Shown piece after piece: positions 1 to 9,200 of a DNA stretch of 42,455 nucleotides. The translations under genes and the position numbers were made by a program. Origin of the DNA: a virus; IMG/VR virus record IMGVR_UViG_3300045988_008427, positions 1-42,455 of that record. The stretch is one strand, 5' to 3'. The notes below the pieces were generated by a model. It was not told where the DNA came from. It ran no database searches and saw only the letters and a list, made by a program, of their open reading frames with translations. Each line of letters begins with the position of its first letter. The first letter of the stretch is position 1.

Positions 1-141
1 AGAGACACGGCACCAATGTTGCATCGACCAACAGACACGTACTCGTTAGTCTCAGGGTCCTTCCAAGGAGTGAGGTACGCCCTGCAACCCATCGGATGGA
101 TTACACACTGCTTATTCGATGCTCTATAGGTTTCAGACACA
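1..141. repeat. 141-bp terminal overlap, identical to 42315..42455. The assembly is circular or circularly permuted, with a unique length of 42314 bp.
   Basis: Compared base by base, 1..141 equals 42315..42455 with no mismatch. The overlap lies inside the nrdD reading frame, so it is an assembly breakpoint and not a physical genome end. Confidence 0.95.
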
Positions 142-1268
142 GTGCCTTTAGGAGCGTTAATGGCCAGAAAATCAGGATACATACACTTACTGGAACATTC
201 AACAGCCTTCTCGAACACATAAGCGTGCTCATCACTGCCATGTTGTTCCCAATCATAGAGATACACGAGCTTAGGAAACACAACCTGTTTACCCCCGTGT
301 CCCTTCATGCGGGTATCAAGGATAGTCTCACAAATCATCTCAAGAAACGCCTTGTCATCCGCACGGAGATCGTTGCTCCACTCACCAAAGGTAAGCGTAG
401 TGAACGCAAAGTCACCTCTAGAACACGGAACAGTATTGAGCTTCAATTCAAGAGACTGGAAGCCCTGCACAAGTTCACGCTTGAGATCCTGAACGGCCAT
501 TTCACATGCTTCATCGAACTCCATATTACACTGGTCAAAGTATTTCTTAAACGCATGTTCATACGTCTTCTTAGCATACGGGAGGAGAGTCTTGTCAATC
601 TGAGGGATAGTGAAACCACCGAACTGCTGTGCCGTAGCTACAAGGGTAATGTCACCAATCACCTGAAGGGCACTAAGGACACTCGTAGGTTCCGTATAGG
701 TGACGTTGGACATACTAAAGCCACCCTTAAGAACAGTAGCCATGTCAAAGAGGCAACAGTTGATGGAACCAAAGATCATATCTCGAAGGTCATGGATGTA
801 ATACTTACCGACCTTAGTAGCCTCTTTCTCTTCCTTAGTGAGGTAGAACTGCTTGTACAGTTGCTTAGTCAGATAGCCCTTAATGAGGGAGCCTTTGGTA
901 GACACAAGGGAGCTATCGAAATTAGCGTTTTCCTTGTCTCCCAAAAGGAGAACAGTGTCAGCCTCATTCTTAACAGCTTCGAAAGCCTTAGCATACGTGT
1001 TCTTGTAGTCTCTGAACTCCTTATAAGACTCTCCGATCTTCGGTACGTACTTACAAAGAGCTTCAATGACAATAGAGTGGAGCTTATCAGTAGGAACCTC
1101 GTCATAGCTGCTGTAGACAAGGCTCTCGATATAACCCCTAATCTTACCAATGTCATACTCAGAGTACGTAGCGTTAGCCCTCTGTGCGGCCTTATGGATA
1201 GCTACTTCAATCTTATCCCAATCCCATCCTTCGTGGGTACCGTCTTTCTTAATTACTTCCAGTTCCAT
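1..1268 (-). CDS. nrdD: Anaerobic (class III) ribonucleoside-triphosphate reductase NrdD, N-terminal part, split by the window edge
   Basis: The minus-strand frame is open from the ATG at 1268 to position 1. It is absent from the ORF track because there is no stop inside the window. It translates as MELEVIKKDGTHEGWDWDKIEVAIHKAAQRANA... (ATP-cone-like) ...INCCLFDM...GGFTIPQIDK... It joins in frame to 41450..42454 through the overlap, giving 710 aa in total. Confidence 0.85.
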   Translation of the reverse strand, partial: MELEVIKKDGTHEGWDWDKIEVAIHKAAQRANATYSEYDIGKIRGYIESLVYSSYDEVPTDKLHSIVIEALCKYVPKIGESYKEFRDYKNTYAKAFEAVKNEADTVLLLGDKENANFDSSLVSTKGSLIKGYLTKQLYKQFYLTKEEKEATKVGKYYIHDLRDMIFGSINCCLFDMATVLKGGFSMSNVTYTEPTSVLSALQVIGDITLVATAQQFGGFTIPQIDKTLLPYAKKTYEHAFKKYFDQCNMEFDEACEMAVQDLKRELVQGFQSLELKLNTVPCSRGDFAFTTLTFGEWSNDLRADDKAFLEMICETILDTRMKGHGGKQVVFPKLVYLYDWEQHGSDEHAYVFEKAVECSSKCMYPDFLAINAPKGTVSETYRASNKQCVIHPMGCRAYLTPWKDPETNEYVSVGRCNIGAVS

Positions 1269-1283
1269 AGTGTATTTAGTTAT

Positions 1284-1526
1284 TTAATTAGTGTTACTCT
1301 TAACCGTGAACTGCGCATTAGCAAACTGCTTTACGGCAGTGACTTCCTCAGAAGTAAGTTCACTAGTAATATTGGCATAAATCTTCTTGGTTACGTTGTT
1401 GTCTTCGCTATACACGATGACATCAAAGGTAACCGTAGGAATGTTGGGTTTCGTTGTAAAGAATGCCTTACGGTTCTCATACTCACAGGCACCTACATTG
1501 CCATCCCAATAAACTTGTATATTCAT
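1284..1526 (-). CDS. Hypothetical protein (80 aa) immediately upstream of nrdD
   Basis: ATG-started ORF on the coding strand. No recognisable motif. Confidence 0.55.
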   Translation of the reverse strand: MNIQVYWDGNVGACEYENRKAFFTTKPNIPTVTFDVIVYSEDNNVTKKIYANITSELTSEEVTAVKQFANAQFTVKSNTN

Positions 1527-1547
1527 TTACTTATCCTGTTAGATAGG

Positions 1548-1598
1548 TTCAGTAGTCCTACGGTAATTACTGTACGTAAGTTCTTTAGGACTACTGAA
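1548..1598 (-). other. 13-bp perfect inverted repeat (TTCAGTAGTCCTA / TAGGACTACTGAA) with a 25-nt loop; candidate RNA processing hairpin
   Basis: Read directly in an intergenic position. There is no U-run downstream, so it is not an intrinsic terminator. Confidence 0.5.
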
Positions 1599-1607
1599 AC
1601 CCCCGAA

Positions 1608-1745
1608 TTACTTGCTCTTCTCAATGCTAATGAGGTAGTACAAAGCCTTTAGGGCATCCTTATAGGCTCGGATGTCTCCCTCAGTATGGTAAGACTCCTT
1701 GTTACGCTTCTCAATAGCTTCAAGAAGTTTATGCTTAGCCATCAT
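1608..1745 (-). CDS. Small hypothetical protein (45 aa)
   Basis: Hand translation gives ATGATGGCT... MMAKHKLLEAIEKRNKESYHTEGDIRAYKDALKALYYLISIEKSK. It is below the ORF-track size cutoff. Confidence 0.35.
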   Translation of the reverse strand: MMAKHKLLEAIEKRNKESYHTEGDIRAYKDALKALYYLISIEKSK

Positions 1746-1770
1746 AAAAACATTCTCTTCCCATTTAGCG

Positions 1771-1887
1771 TCAATCATCTTTGTATTTCTCCATAATATT
1801 AATTAGTGCTTCACCATCGGACTTATCGAACTTAAACCCGAGGTATTCAACAGCACCAGCAACACCCTTAGAAGCAAATTCTGCCAT
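1771..1887 (-). CDS. Small hypothetical protein (38 aa)
   Basis: Hand translation gives MAEFASKGVAGAVEYLGFKFDKSDGEALINIMEKYKDD. The SD-like AGAAAGGAAA lies 7 nt upstream of the ATG. Confidence 0.4.
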   Translation of the reverse strand: MAEFASKGVAGAVEYLGFKFDKSDGEALINIMEKYKDD

Positions 1888-1945
1888 GATTATTTTCCTT
1901 TCTAGCATATAGCTAGAGTTATAGATTAGTAGCTTAGGTTAAACT

Positions 1946-2013
1946 AGAATGCTCTAAGGCTATAGCTACTGAAAAGCCTAGCATTCTGAGAGGTAATTTA
2001 GAGTGCACCTCTC
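1946..2013 (-). other. Two adjacent hairpins downstream of the fibre cassette
   Basis: The first is AGAATGC-TCTA-AGGC ... GCCT-A-GCATTCT (1946..1987). The second is GAGAGGT ... ACCTCTC (1988..2013). Both were read directly. Confidence 0.45.
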
Positions 2014-2019
2014 GGGGCA

Positions 2020-2430
2020 CTATAGGTTGTTTAGGGGGGTCCCCACTTTATCAAGCCCTATAGGCCTGACCGTTTTACTGAGAGTAGTAGGCTTAGGGTA
2101 CTTCTCTTTGATTGCAGAGATTGTGTCATACCAAATTTCAGTACCATATTGTTTGTCCCAATACAGCATGTCTAGCTGTTCAGAGATGGGAGGGTAGGCC
2201 GCCCTACGTTGCTTCACATAGCTAGGCTCAAACTCTGGCGTGATCACGCCGTCCTTGAGAACGTAGCCTTTGAGTGTCATCCCACTCGGCGGATCACAAT
2301 CTTCAACTGGGTAGAACCCTTCAGCGAGCACCGCCTCCTCATCTTCGATCCAGTTCGACACGCCTGCGAAATCCCGCGGTGCAAAAAGAACTCCGCCGTC
2401 CTCTAGAATCTTTGCATATTTCTTAGTCAT
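2020..2430 (-). CDS. Tail-fibre-associated protein, possibly XkdW-like or a fibre assembly protein
   Basis: The start was moved to the ATG at 2430, which is preceded by AAGGAGGAAG. The motif RRAAYPPISEQLDMLYWD resembles XkdW-type proteins as I remember them. It sits at the end of the fibre cassette. Confidence 0.35.
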   Translation of the reverse strand: MTKKYAKILEDGGVLFAPRDFAGVSNWIEDEEAVLAEGFYPVEDCDPPSGMTLKGYVLKDGVITPEFEPSYVKQRRAAYPPISEQLDMLYWDKQYGTEIWYDTISAIKEKYPKPTTLSKTVRPIGLDKVGTPLNNL

Positions 2431-2815
2431 TACTTCCTCCTTCTTTGGCAATTAGCGACATATGTCGAAAATGGTGTTTCTTATTTTCGATTCTCTCAAT
2501 GTGAGTTAGCATAGATTTTCGTTTCATAACAAGAGCTGTTACGCCGTCTACGCATGTAGCTACACAGAATCGCCCGAAATCGGCCGCGTAAACAATCACA
2601 TCACCTTGATGAAATTCTGAGCCAAGAGGTAGCTCAATCATCCCGTTTGCCACAAGTCCTTCACAAATATACTGCTCTTCCATGCGAATGTCATAGTTGC
2701 GCGAAACCTCAACAAAGCGAGTATCTAAACCTACGACCTCCCGCAGATATTTGCTCGCAAGATGACAGCAATCAAATTGCTTTTCTCGCAAATAAATTCC
2801 CAAGAATTCATTCAT
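2423..2815 (-). CDS. Hypothetical protein (130 aa) with a weak NlpC/P60-like Cys motif (FDCCHLASKYL ... QGDVIVY)
   Basis: The ATG at 2815 follows the upstream TGA by 1 nt and has a GGAG SD. Functional assignment is weak because no clear catalytic His was found. Confidence 0.3.
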   Translation of the reverse strand: MNEFLGIYLREKQFDCCHLASKYLREVVGLDTRFVEVSRNYDIRMEEQYICEGLVANGMIELPLGSEFHQGDVIVYAADFGRFCVATCVDGVTALVMKRKSMLTHIERIENKKHHFRHMSLIAKEGGSND

Positions 2816-2816
2816 A

Positions 2817-3917
2817 TCACAGCTCCAGAATGCCTTTGCAAACACCTGCTAAATCAATGCTCTCACCAGGCTTTAAACTTAAAGGGATTTCACCAATGCT
2901 CGTAAAGGTCACACCATCTGATGACTCATATACTTTCCCCCCCGCATAGGGGATGGAGATTATTCGTTCACCACCGTCGATTGAAATAAAGACATGATCC
3001 ACATTAGTGTCGACGATAGAGTTGTAAGGCTCGCCGTCAAACGTTGGCGAGACAACTGAAAAGGAGTCAAGATCGGTTACTTTTACGAAGTTGCTTGTGT
3101 CGTTTTCATGTAAAAGAACGAAGTCCTTTCCTGCGATGGGGTAGGCCGCCATTGAAATCGGGAGGTTTCGGTCTACCCACTGTACGCCGTCGGAAGATAC
3201 TGAGCATCGAGTTGTGCTATCGTTTTCTGTGTAGGCTCCCGCCGTGATAATGAAAAACGAATCACAAGCGCCCAGATGCTTAGTGAAGCCAGCTTCTCTG
3301 TAACCGAGGACATTACTTTTACTCCACGAGATACCGTCATGCGACCTCATGACCACGCAATTACTGTCTCCTGTCCCACTAACTACGTAAAACACTCCAT
3401 CTTTATACAATGGGGTTGAAACTTGGTCGCTTGAATGCCCAGACAACAAGCTCCAGTTTATAAAATCCGACGAGCTATATGCTTTACCCCCAGTTCGGTA
3501 TCGCTCTGATCCGATACACAACTTGCCATTCGACGCAAAGCCAGACACATTGTTGTTTAAATCCGCTACAACAGAGTTTTCTTCCGCAATCCTTCCGCTC
3601 AAAACAGTTTCAAAGTTCAAGTCGTCATTAACTTTATAAATTACATCCTCGTATTCACTTTGACTCTGGTAATTGTTCGTGTAACTACCTTTGTAGGTAT
3701 GCATCCAAACCAACGTCTGCCCATTCAAAACGGTCGATGCTAAATACGAGGCATTACTCTCCAACTTGGTAACTTTATAGGATCGAAAATCTCTTGTGTA
3801 TAAAACGTAAGATTCCGTAGCGGCCAGCTTAGCTCCTGAATTATCCATAAAAATGAGATAACCATTTCCTGCCTTATCGTTTGACGTAATCAACCCTTTA
3901 CTCCAAAGTCCCAACAT
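2817..3917 (-). CDS. BNR/Asp-box repeat beta-propeller protein (sialidase-like fold); probable second receptor-binding or depolymerase protein
   Basis: Repeated S-x-D-G-x-x-W/F motifs are present: SHDGISW, SSDGVQW and SSDGVTF, plus SSSDFINW. The ATG at 3917 overlaps the fibre stop as TAATG. Confidence 0.55.
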   Translation of the reverse strand: MLGLWSKGLITSNDKAGNGYLIFMDNSGAKLAATESYVLYTRDFRSYKVTKLESNASYLASTVLNGQTLVWMHTYKGSYTNNYQSQSEYEDVIYKVNDDLNFETVLSGRIAEENSVVADLNNNVSGFASNGKLCIGSERYRTGGKAYSSSDFINWSLLSGHSSDQVSTPLYKDGVFYVVSGTGDSNCVVMRSHDGISWSKSNVLGYREAGFTKHLGACDSFFIITAGAYTENDSTTRCSVSSDGVQWVDRNLPISMAAYPIAGKDFVLLHENDTSNFVKVTDLDSFSVVSPTFDGEPYNSIVDTNVDHVFISIDGGERIISIPYAGGKVYESSDGVTFTSIGEIPLSLKPGESIDLAGVCKGILEL

Positions 3918-6283
3918 TACGCCACCCCCTTCGGTACTGCGCCAGCGACCCAAGCATTGGCCGTAGGATCATAGTCAAAATAAAAATCGTACTGACCTGC
4001 CTCAATACTTGGTACTTTTTTATTGAAAAATCTACTAGTTCCCCAATTGATCGACGGAGTTCCAGTAACATTAACCATCACTTTAATTTGAGTGAACACA
4101 CTAGTGTTACCCGCAGGAAGCGAGAACGTCGTATCGCCTGAAATATTCATTTTATGAATACGGTTGGCAGTCAAAGTTACTGTCCCTGACGTTTCCGAGA
4201 TATCCAAAATTGAATGCCCAACGCCACCAGTTATAGTCCCTCCTGTTAGTGGCAAGCATCCTGTCTGAGACGGGGAAATATTACCGTCATCATTGGGAGC
4301 CTGTCCATTCACACTAAGGACGACTTTAGGCATGTCCGTAATCTGAGACACCGTATGAGTGTGAGAGCTGTTAGCTTTACCCTCCAACGCAGTGTTTACA
4401 GCCTGAAGATCCTTAGTGACCTCCGCTTCAAGACTACTAAGATCTGTAATACTAGCCTTAGCATCCAAGGCAGTCTGAAGGTTAGTCACATTGGCAATAG
4501 TGTGAGTATGTCCCGTAGGAGACTTACCTGCCAGAGCGGTGTCAAGCCCAGTAATCTGAGCCGTAGTGTGCGTATGCGAGGCATTAGCCTTCTTAGCAAG
4601 CTCTTCAGTCAGAGTATCTGTAGTGACATACCCAGAGAGCGTGCTATTCAGGTCGGTAATCTGAGCTACAGTATGAGTATGCTTAGTGTTAGCCTTACCT
4701 GCAAGACCCGTCTGAAGCTCATTCTTAGTAGCAAGACCACTAAGATCTTGCTCAGGAGGAGTACCAGTGATCTCACTATAAGCAATACTGTCCTTAGATG
4801 CAAGGGCACCTAGCGTAGGCTTGTTCTTGATGAACGCCTTCGAAGTAGACACAGTCTCATTCCAGTCAGCATTCACTTGACCACTAGCGGCCTGATTTGC
4901 ATAGCCCTTAGCGAGATCAGCCTGCCTCTTAGCCTCAATCTCAGAAGCCTTAGCGTTCGTCTCAGAGGTACCTGCCGCAGTCTTAGAGAGAGCCGCATTG
5001 TCCTCAGAGAGCTTAGCCGCCTTGGCACTGTTACTTGCATTAGTAGCCTGAGTCGTAGCAGTACCCGCAGAAGCACTAGCATTCTTAGCACTGGCACCAG
5101 CCGCAGTAGCAGACTGGGAAGCACTAGTAGCACTATCTTCAGCCTCAGAAGCCTTAGTAGTAGCTAGAGTAGCCTGTTGAGTTGCTAGACTAACCTGCTC
5201 CTTAGCCTTAGTGACCTCTTGGACAGCCAAGGCAACCTGAGCCTTCGCTAGGTTAACCTGTTTAGTGCCCTCATTAGTAACTGCAGATACCTGCTGGTTA
5301 CCTGTAGTCGTAACTCTAGTAACCTGCTTTCCCCCTTCACTAGTGATTTTATTAATTTCAGAGGTTGCGGTATCAGTGATTGATTTTACTTGTTTGGCAC
5401 CTTCAGTCTTGACTTCTGCAAGAGTAGAAGCACTTGCATCAGCGCTATTCTTAGCTAAGGAAGCGCTCTCAGAGGCACTCACCTCAGAAGCCTTAGCGTT
5501 AGCCTCAGAGACCTTAGCGTTCCTCTCAGACACCTTAGCTTCATCAGCCTTTTGAGTAGCAATTACGGAATTCTCATAGACATTGCTCTCAGAGGTTTCA
5601 ATATCGGTTTGAAGCTGTCGAGCCTCTTCAAGGATTGTTTGGTTCTCCGTCTTGACGGCATCAGCATGCTTAGCCGCAGATACTGCAGTACCCGCAGAAG
5701 CCTTAGCGGTGACTTCAGACTCCTTAGCATTAACTTCAGAAGCCTTAGCGTTCGTCTCAGAGACCTTAGCGGCATCCCTAGCGGCCTCAGCATCTAGCTT
5801 AGCCTGATAGGCACCCATAGCGTCATCTTTGTAGAACTTAAGGCTAACCGCATCGTTGTCGTCAATAGGATCACCAACATTCACAATGCGGTGCCCCCTA
5901 GCGTCCCAATTGCCTTCCTTGTCTACAATGAGTGCATCATTGATGATGTCTCTACCTTCTTCAGCAATATGGATAGTCTGAATTGCAGACGCATCAAGGT
6001 CTTTAGCCTTTAGAACCGAAGCATCCTTAAAGGACACAATACGGTCAGTAGCAGACGTATATCTGCGAATAATGATTTCAGTACCACTAGCGGGAGCTGT
6101 ATTGAATCTAATGGTAGTCTTATCTACAAAGAAGTAGTCTTTAGTGGTGTCACCGTAGTCACCCCCAAGTTTCTCTCGGGAGTCTACGGTGACTTTCACA
6201 AACTTCTTTGCTAGATAATCAAAGGGCACATTGAAGTCTGTAGTAGACCCATTGCCCTGATAGTTAGCAATAGTAGAAGCCAT
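3917..6283 (-). CDS. Tail fibre with a T7 gp17-like N-terminal adaptor domain
   Basis: The N-terminus MASTIANYQGNGSTTDFNVPFDYLAKKFVKVTV...DARGHRIVNVGDPIDDNDAV parallels the T7 gp17 N-terminus. The central region has Ala/Ser/Glu-rich coiled-coil repeats (SETNAKASE). Four HTHT-x2-QIT fibre repeats follow. Confidence 0.85.
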   Translation of the reverse strand: MASTIANYQGNGSTTDFNVPFDYLAKKFVKVTVDSREKLGGDYGDTTKDYFFVDKTTIRFNTAPASGTEIIIRRYTSATDRIVSFKDASVLKAKDLDASAIQTIHIAEEGRDIINDALIVDKEGNWDARGHRIVNVGDPIDDNDAVSLKFYKDDAMGAYQAKLDAEAARDAAKVSETNAKASEVNAKESEVTAKASAGTAVSAAKHADAVKTENQTILEEARQLQTDIETSESNVYENSVIATQKADEAKVSERNAKVSEANAKASEVSASESASLAKNSADASASTLAEVKTEGAKQVKSITDTATSEINKITSEGGKQVTRVTTTGNQQVSAVTNEGTKQVNLAKAQVALAVQEVTKAKEQVSLATQQATLATTKASEAEDSATSASQSATAAGASAKNASASAGTATTQATNASNSAKAAKLSEDNAALSKTAAGTSETNAKASEIEAKRQADLAKGYANQAASGQVNADWNETVSTSKAFIKNKPTLGALASKDSIAYSEITGTPPEQDLSGLATKNELQTGLAGKANTKHTHTVAQITDLNSTLSGYVTTDTLTEELAKKANASHTHTTAQITGLDTALAGKSPTGHTHTIANVTNLQTALDAKASITDLSSLEAEVTKDLQAVNTALEGKANSSHTHTVSQITDMPKVVLSVNGQAPNDDGNISPSQTGCLPLTGGTITGGVGHSILDISETSGTVTLTANRIHKMNISGDTTFSLPAGNTSVFTQIKVMVNVTGTPSINWGTSRFFNKKVPSIEAGQYDFYFDYDPTANAWVAGAVPKGVA

Positions 6284-6291
6284 TGTTTTAG

Positions 6292-9200
6292 TTATTCATC
6301 CTTATCGGATAGAGTGTTATAAAGACCCCACTTAAGGAATGGGATGTTCGTGGAATTACGGATAGCTCTTACAGCTTTCTCTTTTTGATTCTCTAGTTGC
6401 TCATCGGTGAAATTTTCATCACCTGTCATACGAGCTACATTAGCAGAGTACCCTGCAATGTCCATGAAAGACTTGATGGTAGAGTATGCAGGAGCCAAGT
6501 CTCTAAACCACTTGTCAACGTCAAAGCCCCCATATAGCTCATCCCGTTCTTTCTGAGTGGAGAAGCCTTCAGTGGTGGTCTTAACGTCAGTGTTAATACC
6601 AAGGGTGTTTAGTGCCAAAGACGGGGCTGCAAAGACGCTAGACCGCATAACACCGTTAACACCAGCCTGAAAAACAGTGTCTAAAGTGAGTCCTTCTTCA
6701 GGGTCATACTTTAGAGTCTTCTTAAGGTACTCCTTTCGTTGTTCCTCGTTCATACCTGTGGTGTTAATAAGGGTGTTAGTCAGTGCACCCAAGGTACCCA
6801 GTGCGGTAGACAAGAAGATACTATAGGCTTGTCCAAGGGCATCGCCCTCAGCCATTCTACCTAGAATTTTCTTAAGTCTCTTATCGTAGGATCTAAGAGC
6901 GAACGTCTTAAACTGCAATAGCAACTGCATAAACGGATTCTTTTGGGCACCCTCCCAAAGGAAAGTGTCACCCAAGGTATTCTTCTGGATTACCTCATGA
7001 GCAACATAGTCGCCCATACGTCTAAGAGTTGCAAGAGCGACAGGATCCTTAGAGAGGATAGCATCAAGGTTATCAATAGTGATTTCCTTGTTCTTACCTA
7101 CGGTAGTGGATTCCTTAAGGATCTTCAGTAGATTATCAAAGTTCTCCTGAGAGATCCCGTTGCGTTGCATAAGCTCCTTATTAAGGAAGCCCTTCTTGGA
7201 GATAGACTTGTTATGAGCGTACTGAATAAGCTCACCCAAGAACATACCTTGAGAAGCCTCAACGATAGAGTTCTCGGTATTCTGAATGAACTTAGTAAAC
7301 GGAGAAGCCTGAGCAAGAGTATCGGTCGCCGCAACAAGAATAGACTTAGCCTTATCGCCATTGAACCTACGTAGTTGCTTCTCAAAAGACTCCGTAGCAA
7401 TGTCTCTAAGTAGACCAGTCTCTCTTACGGACATACCAAAGATAAGAGACTGAGCCTGTCTAAGCTCTTTGTTGGTCATGCCATTCTTAGCCCAATTATC
7501 AAAGAAATCTCTAACAAGAGGGACACCCTTAAAGAAATGCAGGGCACCATAGTGCTTGATTGCTTCACCCTGTTCAAAGAGGTTTGCCATACCCATCATA
7601 GCATTCTTAGAGAAGAACGTAAGGTTTCTGACAACATCCGCCATAGCCCCAAGCCAAGAGCTATTGACATCAGACATGCTATGGTGCTTATTGTAGATCA
7701 TGTTGATAAGTTGTTCCTGAGCTTGTGCAAACTTCTTAGCGTCAACCCTACCACCTACGGCAGAATTAACCTCCTCAGACCACATCTTACCCAGCATACT
7801 CTCAAAGTCGCCCAAGTTCTCACACCCGTAACTAAGGAGGATATTGTCACCAATAACCTTGTTATGGTGCATACGGACAGCCTCAAGAGGATCTCTACGC
7901 ATCTTGTCGATAGACAAACCGCTACGGGTAGTGACAGAGGTATCCCAAGGGATTCTAGTCACCTCGGGGTCGTACTTAATGTTTGCAATGTTACCATCAG
8001 TGATGATAGCCCTACCCATGGAAGTACCTTGGTCAATCCAACCAAGAGCATCCTCCCTAGCTTCTTTCTGCATCCATTCAAGCACATCTACCCAGTCAGG
8101 CTCATCAGGTAGAGGCTCAAGATTATCCTCAAACTTCTCCTGCCTAACCATGTCCTGAGCCTTGTGTTGCTGTCTCTGGACTTCGCTAACCTCTCGTTCC
8201 TTAGCCTTGATCTTATCTGCAGTTTCTTTCTCTACAGCTTCGATCTTCTCAATAATAGAGTCTCTATCCTTAACGAGTTTCTTCTCAAGTTCCTTAAGTC
8301 TCTCGGATTCTCTCTTCTGGATATTCTCTACTCTAGATTCGTAGGATGCCTTCTTGTTTTCTAAGGTATTCTTAAGTCTCTGCTCTTCTGCCTCTACGGC
8401 CTCAAGGAGAGCTTCCTTCTTAGCTTCTTTAGCCTTAAGGGCGTTCTCTTTGAGTTTCTTAGCTCTCTCTACAAGGGTAGTGCTTACGTACTTGTCATAC
8501 CTCTTCTGTGCGGCATTAGCTTGCCCTTCGGTCTCAGCCTTAGACTTAGCCAACTCTTTCTTTAGTTCAGCTTCTTTTCTAAGTCTCTCAATCTCTTTGT
8601 TGATTTCGGCATCAATGTCGGCATCAGAGGTTTTATCGAGTTTATTGTACTCTTTCTCTAGCTCTTTGGTTTTCTTCTCAGATTTAGCCTTAGCTTCCTT
8701 AACAGCATTATTGTAGTCAGCTTCAGCCTTCTCAAGGTCATTAGAGATATCCTCAGAGATCTTATTCTTAGCCTTGTTGTAAGCAGGTTCTAGCTCATTG
8801 TATTTATCAGCTAGATTGTCACCTCTAACATCACCTCTTTCTTGGATACGCTCAATACTTCTTGATGCTTGAGCGGCCTTGTCAGAAATAATCTTATTGG
8901 AAGCCTTAGCTACCTTTTGGTACTTGATGTCCTTTTTCTTGTCTTGCTCGGCAATCTGTGCTTCTCTTTCTGCCTTGAGCTTATCGTAGACATTCTTCTT
9001 GTAGTAGTCAAGGATTCTCTGTCTTACTTCGGGCTTAGCGAGTGCACCATCAACAAGAGCGTGCGAAAGCTCATCAACAAGTCTCTCTACCTGAGGCCCT
9101 CTAGGGAGATTAGGATCAAACAGGTCACCAACCTTTCTAGGATCACTTACTCTAGGGACATAACCACCCCTCTGGCCAGTCTTAGAGGTTTTCTGAAGGA

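Noticed and set aside
96-1652. A 518-aa plus-strand ORF, the only long ORF listed at the left edge
   Set aside because: It lies antisense to the open minus-strand nrdD frame (1..1268) and to the small minus-strand genes. The sequence is low-complexity and Leu/Ser/Arg/Ile-rich, with no SD. No credible gene in this genome is on the plus strand.
2012-2032. GGGGCACTATAGGTTG on the plus strand, which resembles the T7 promoter core CACTATAGG
   Set aside because: The upstream -17 to -5 region does not match either the T7 promoter or this phage's promoter family. It faces the non-coding strand.
4873-5793. Alternative-frame ORFs inside the fibre gene: 4873..5133 minus, 5563..5793 minus, and plus-strand ORFs
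   Set aside because: They are Arg/Leu-rich translations of the Ala/Ser/Glu coiled-coil repeat DNA in the wrong frame, and are repeat-driven artefacts.
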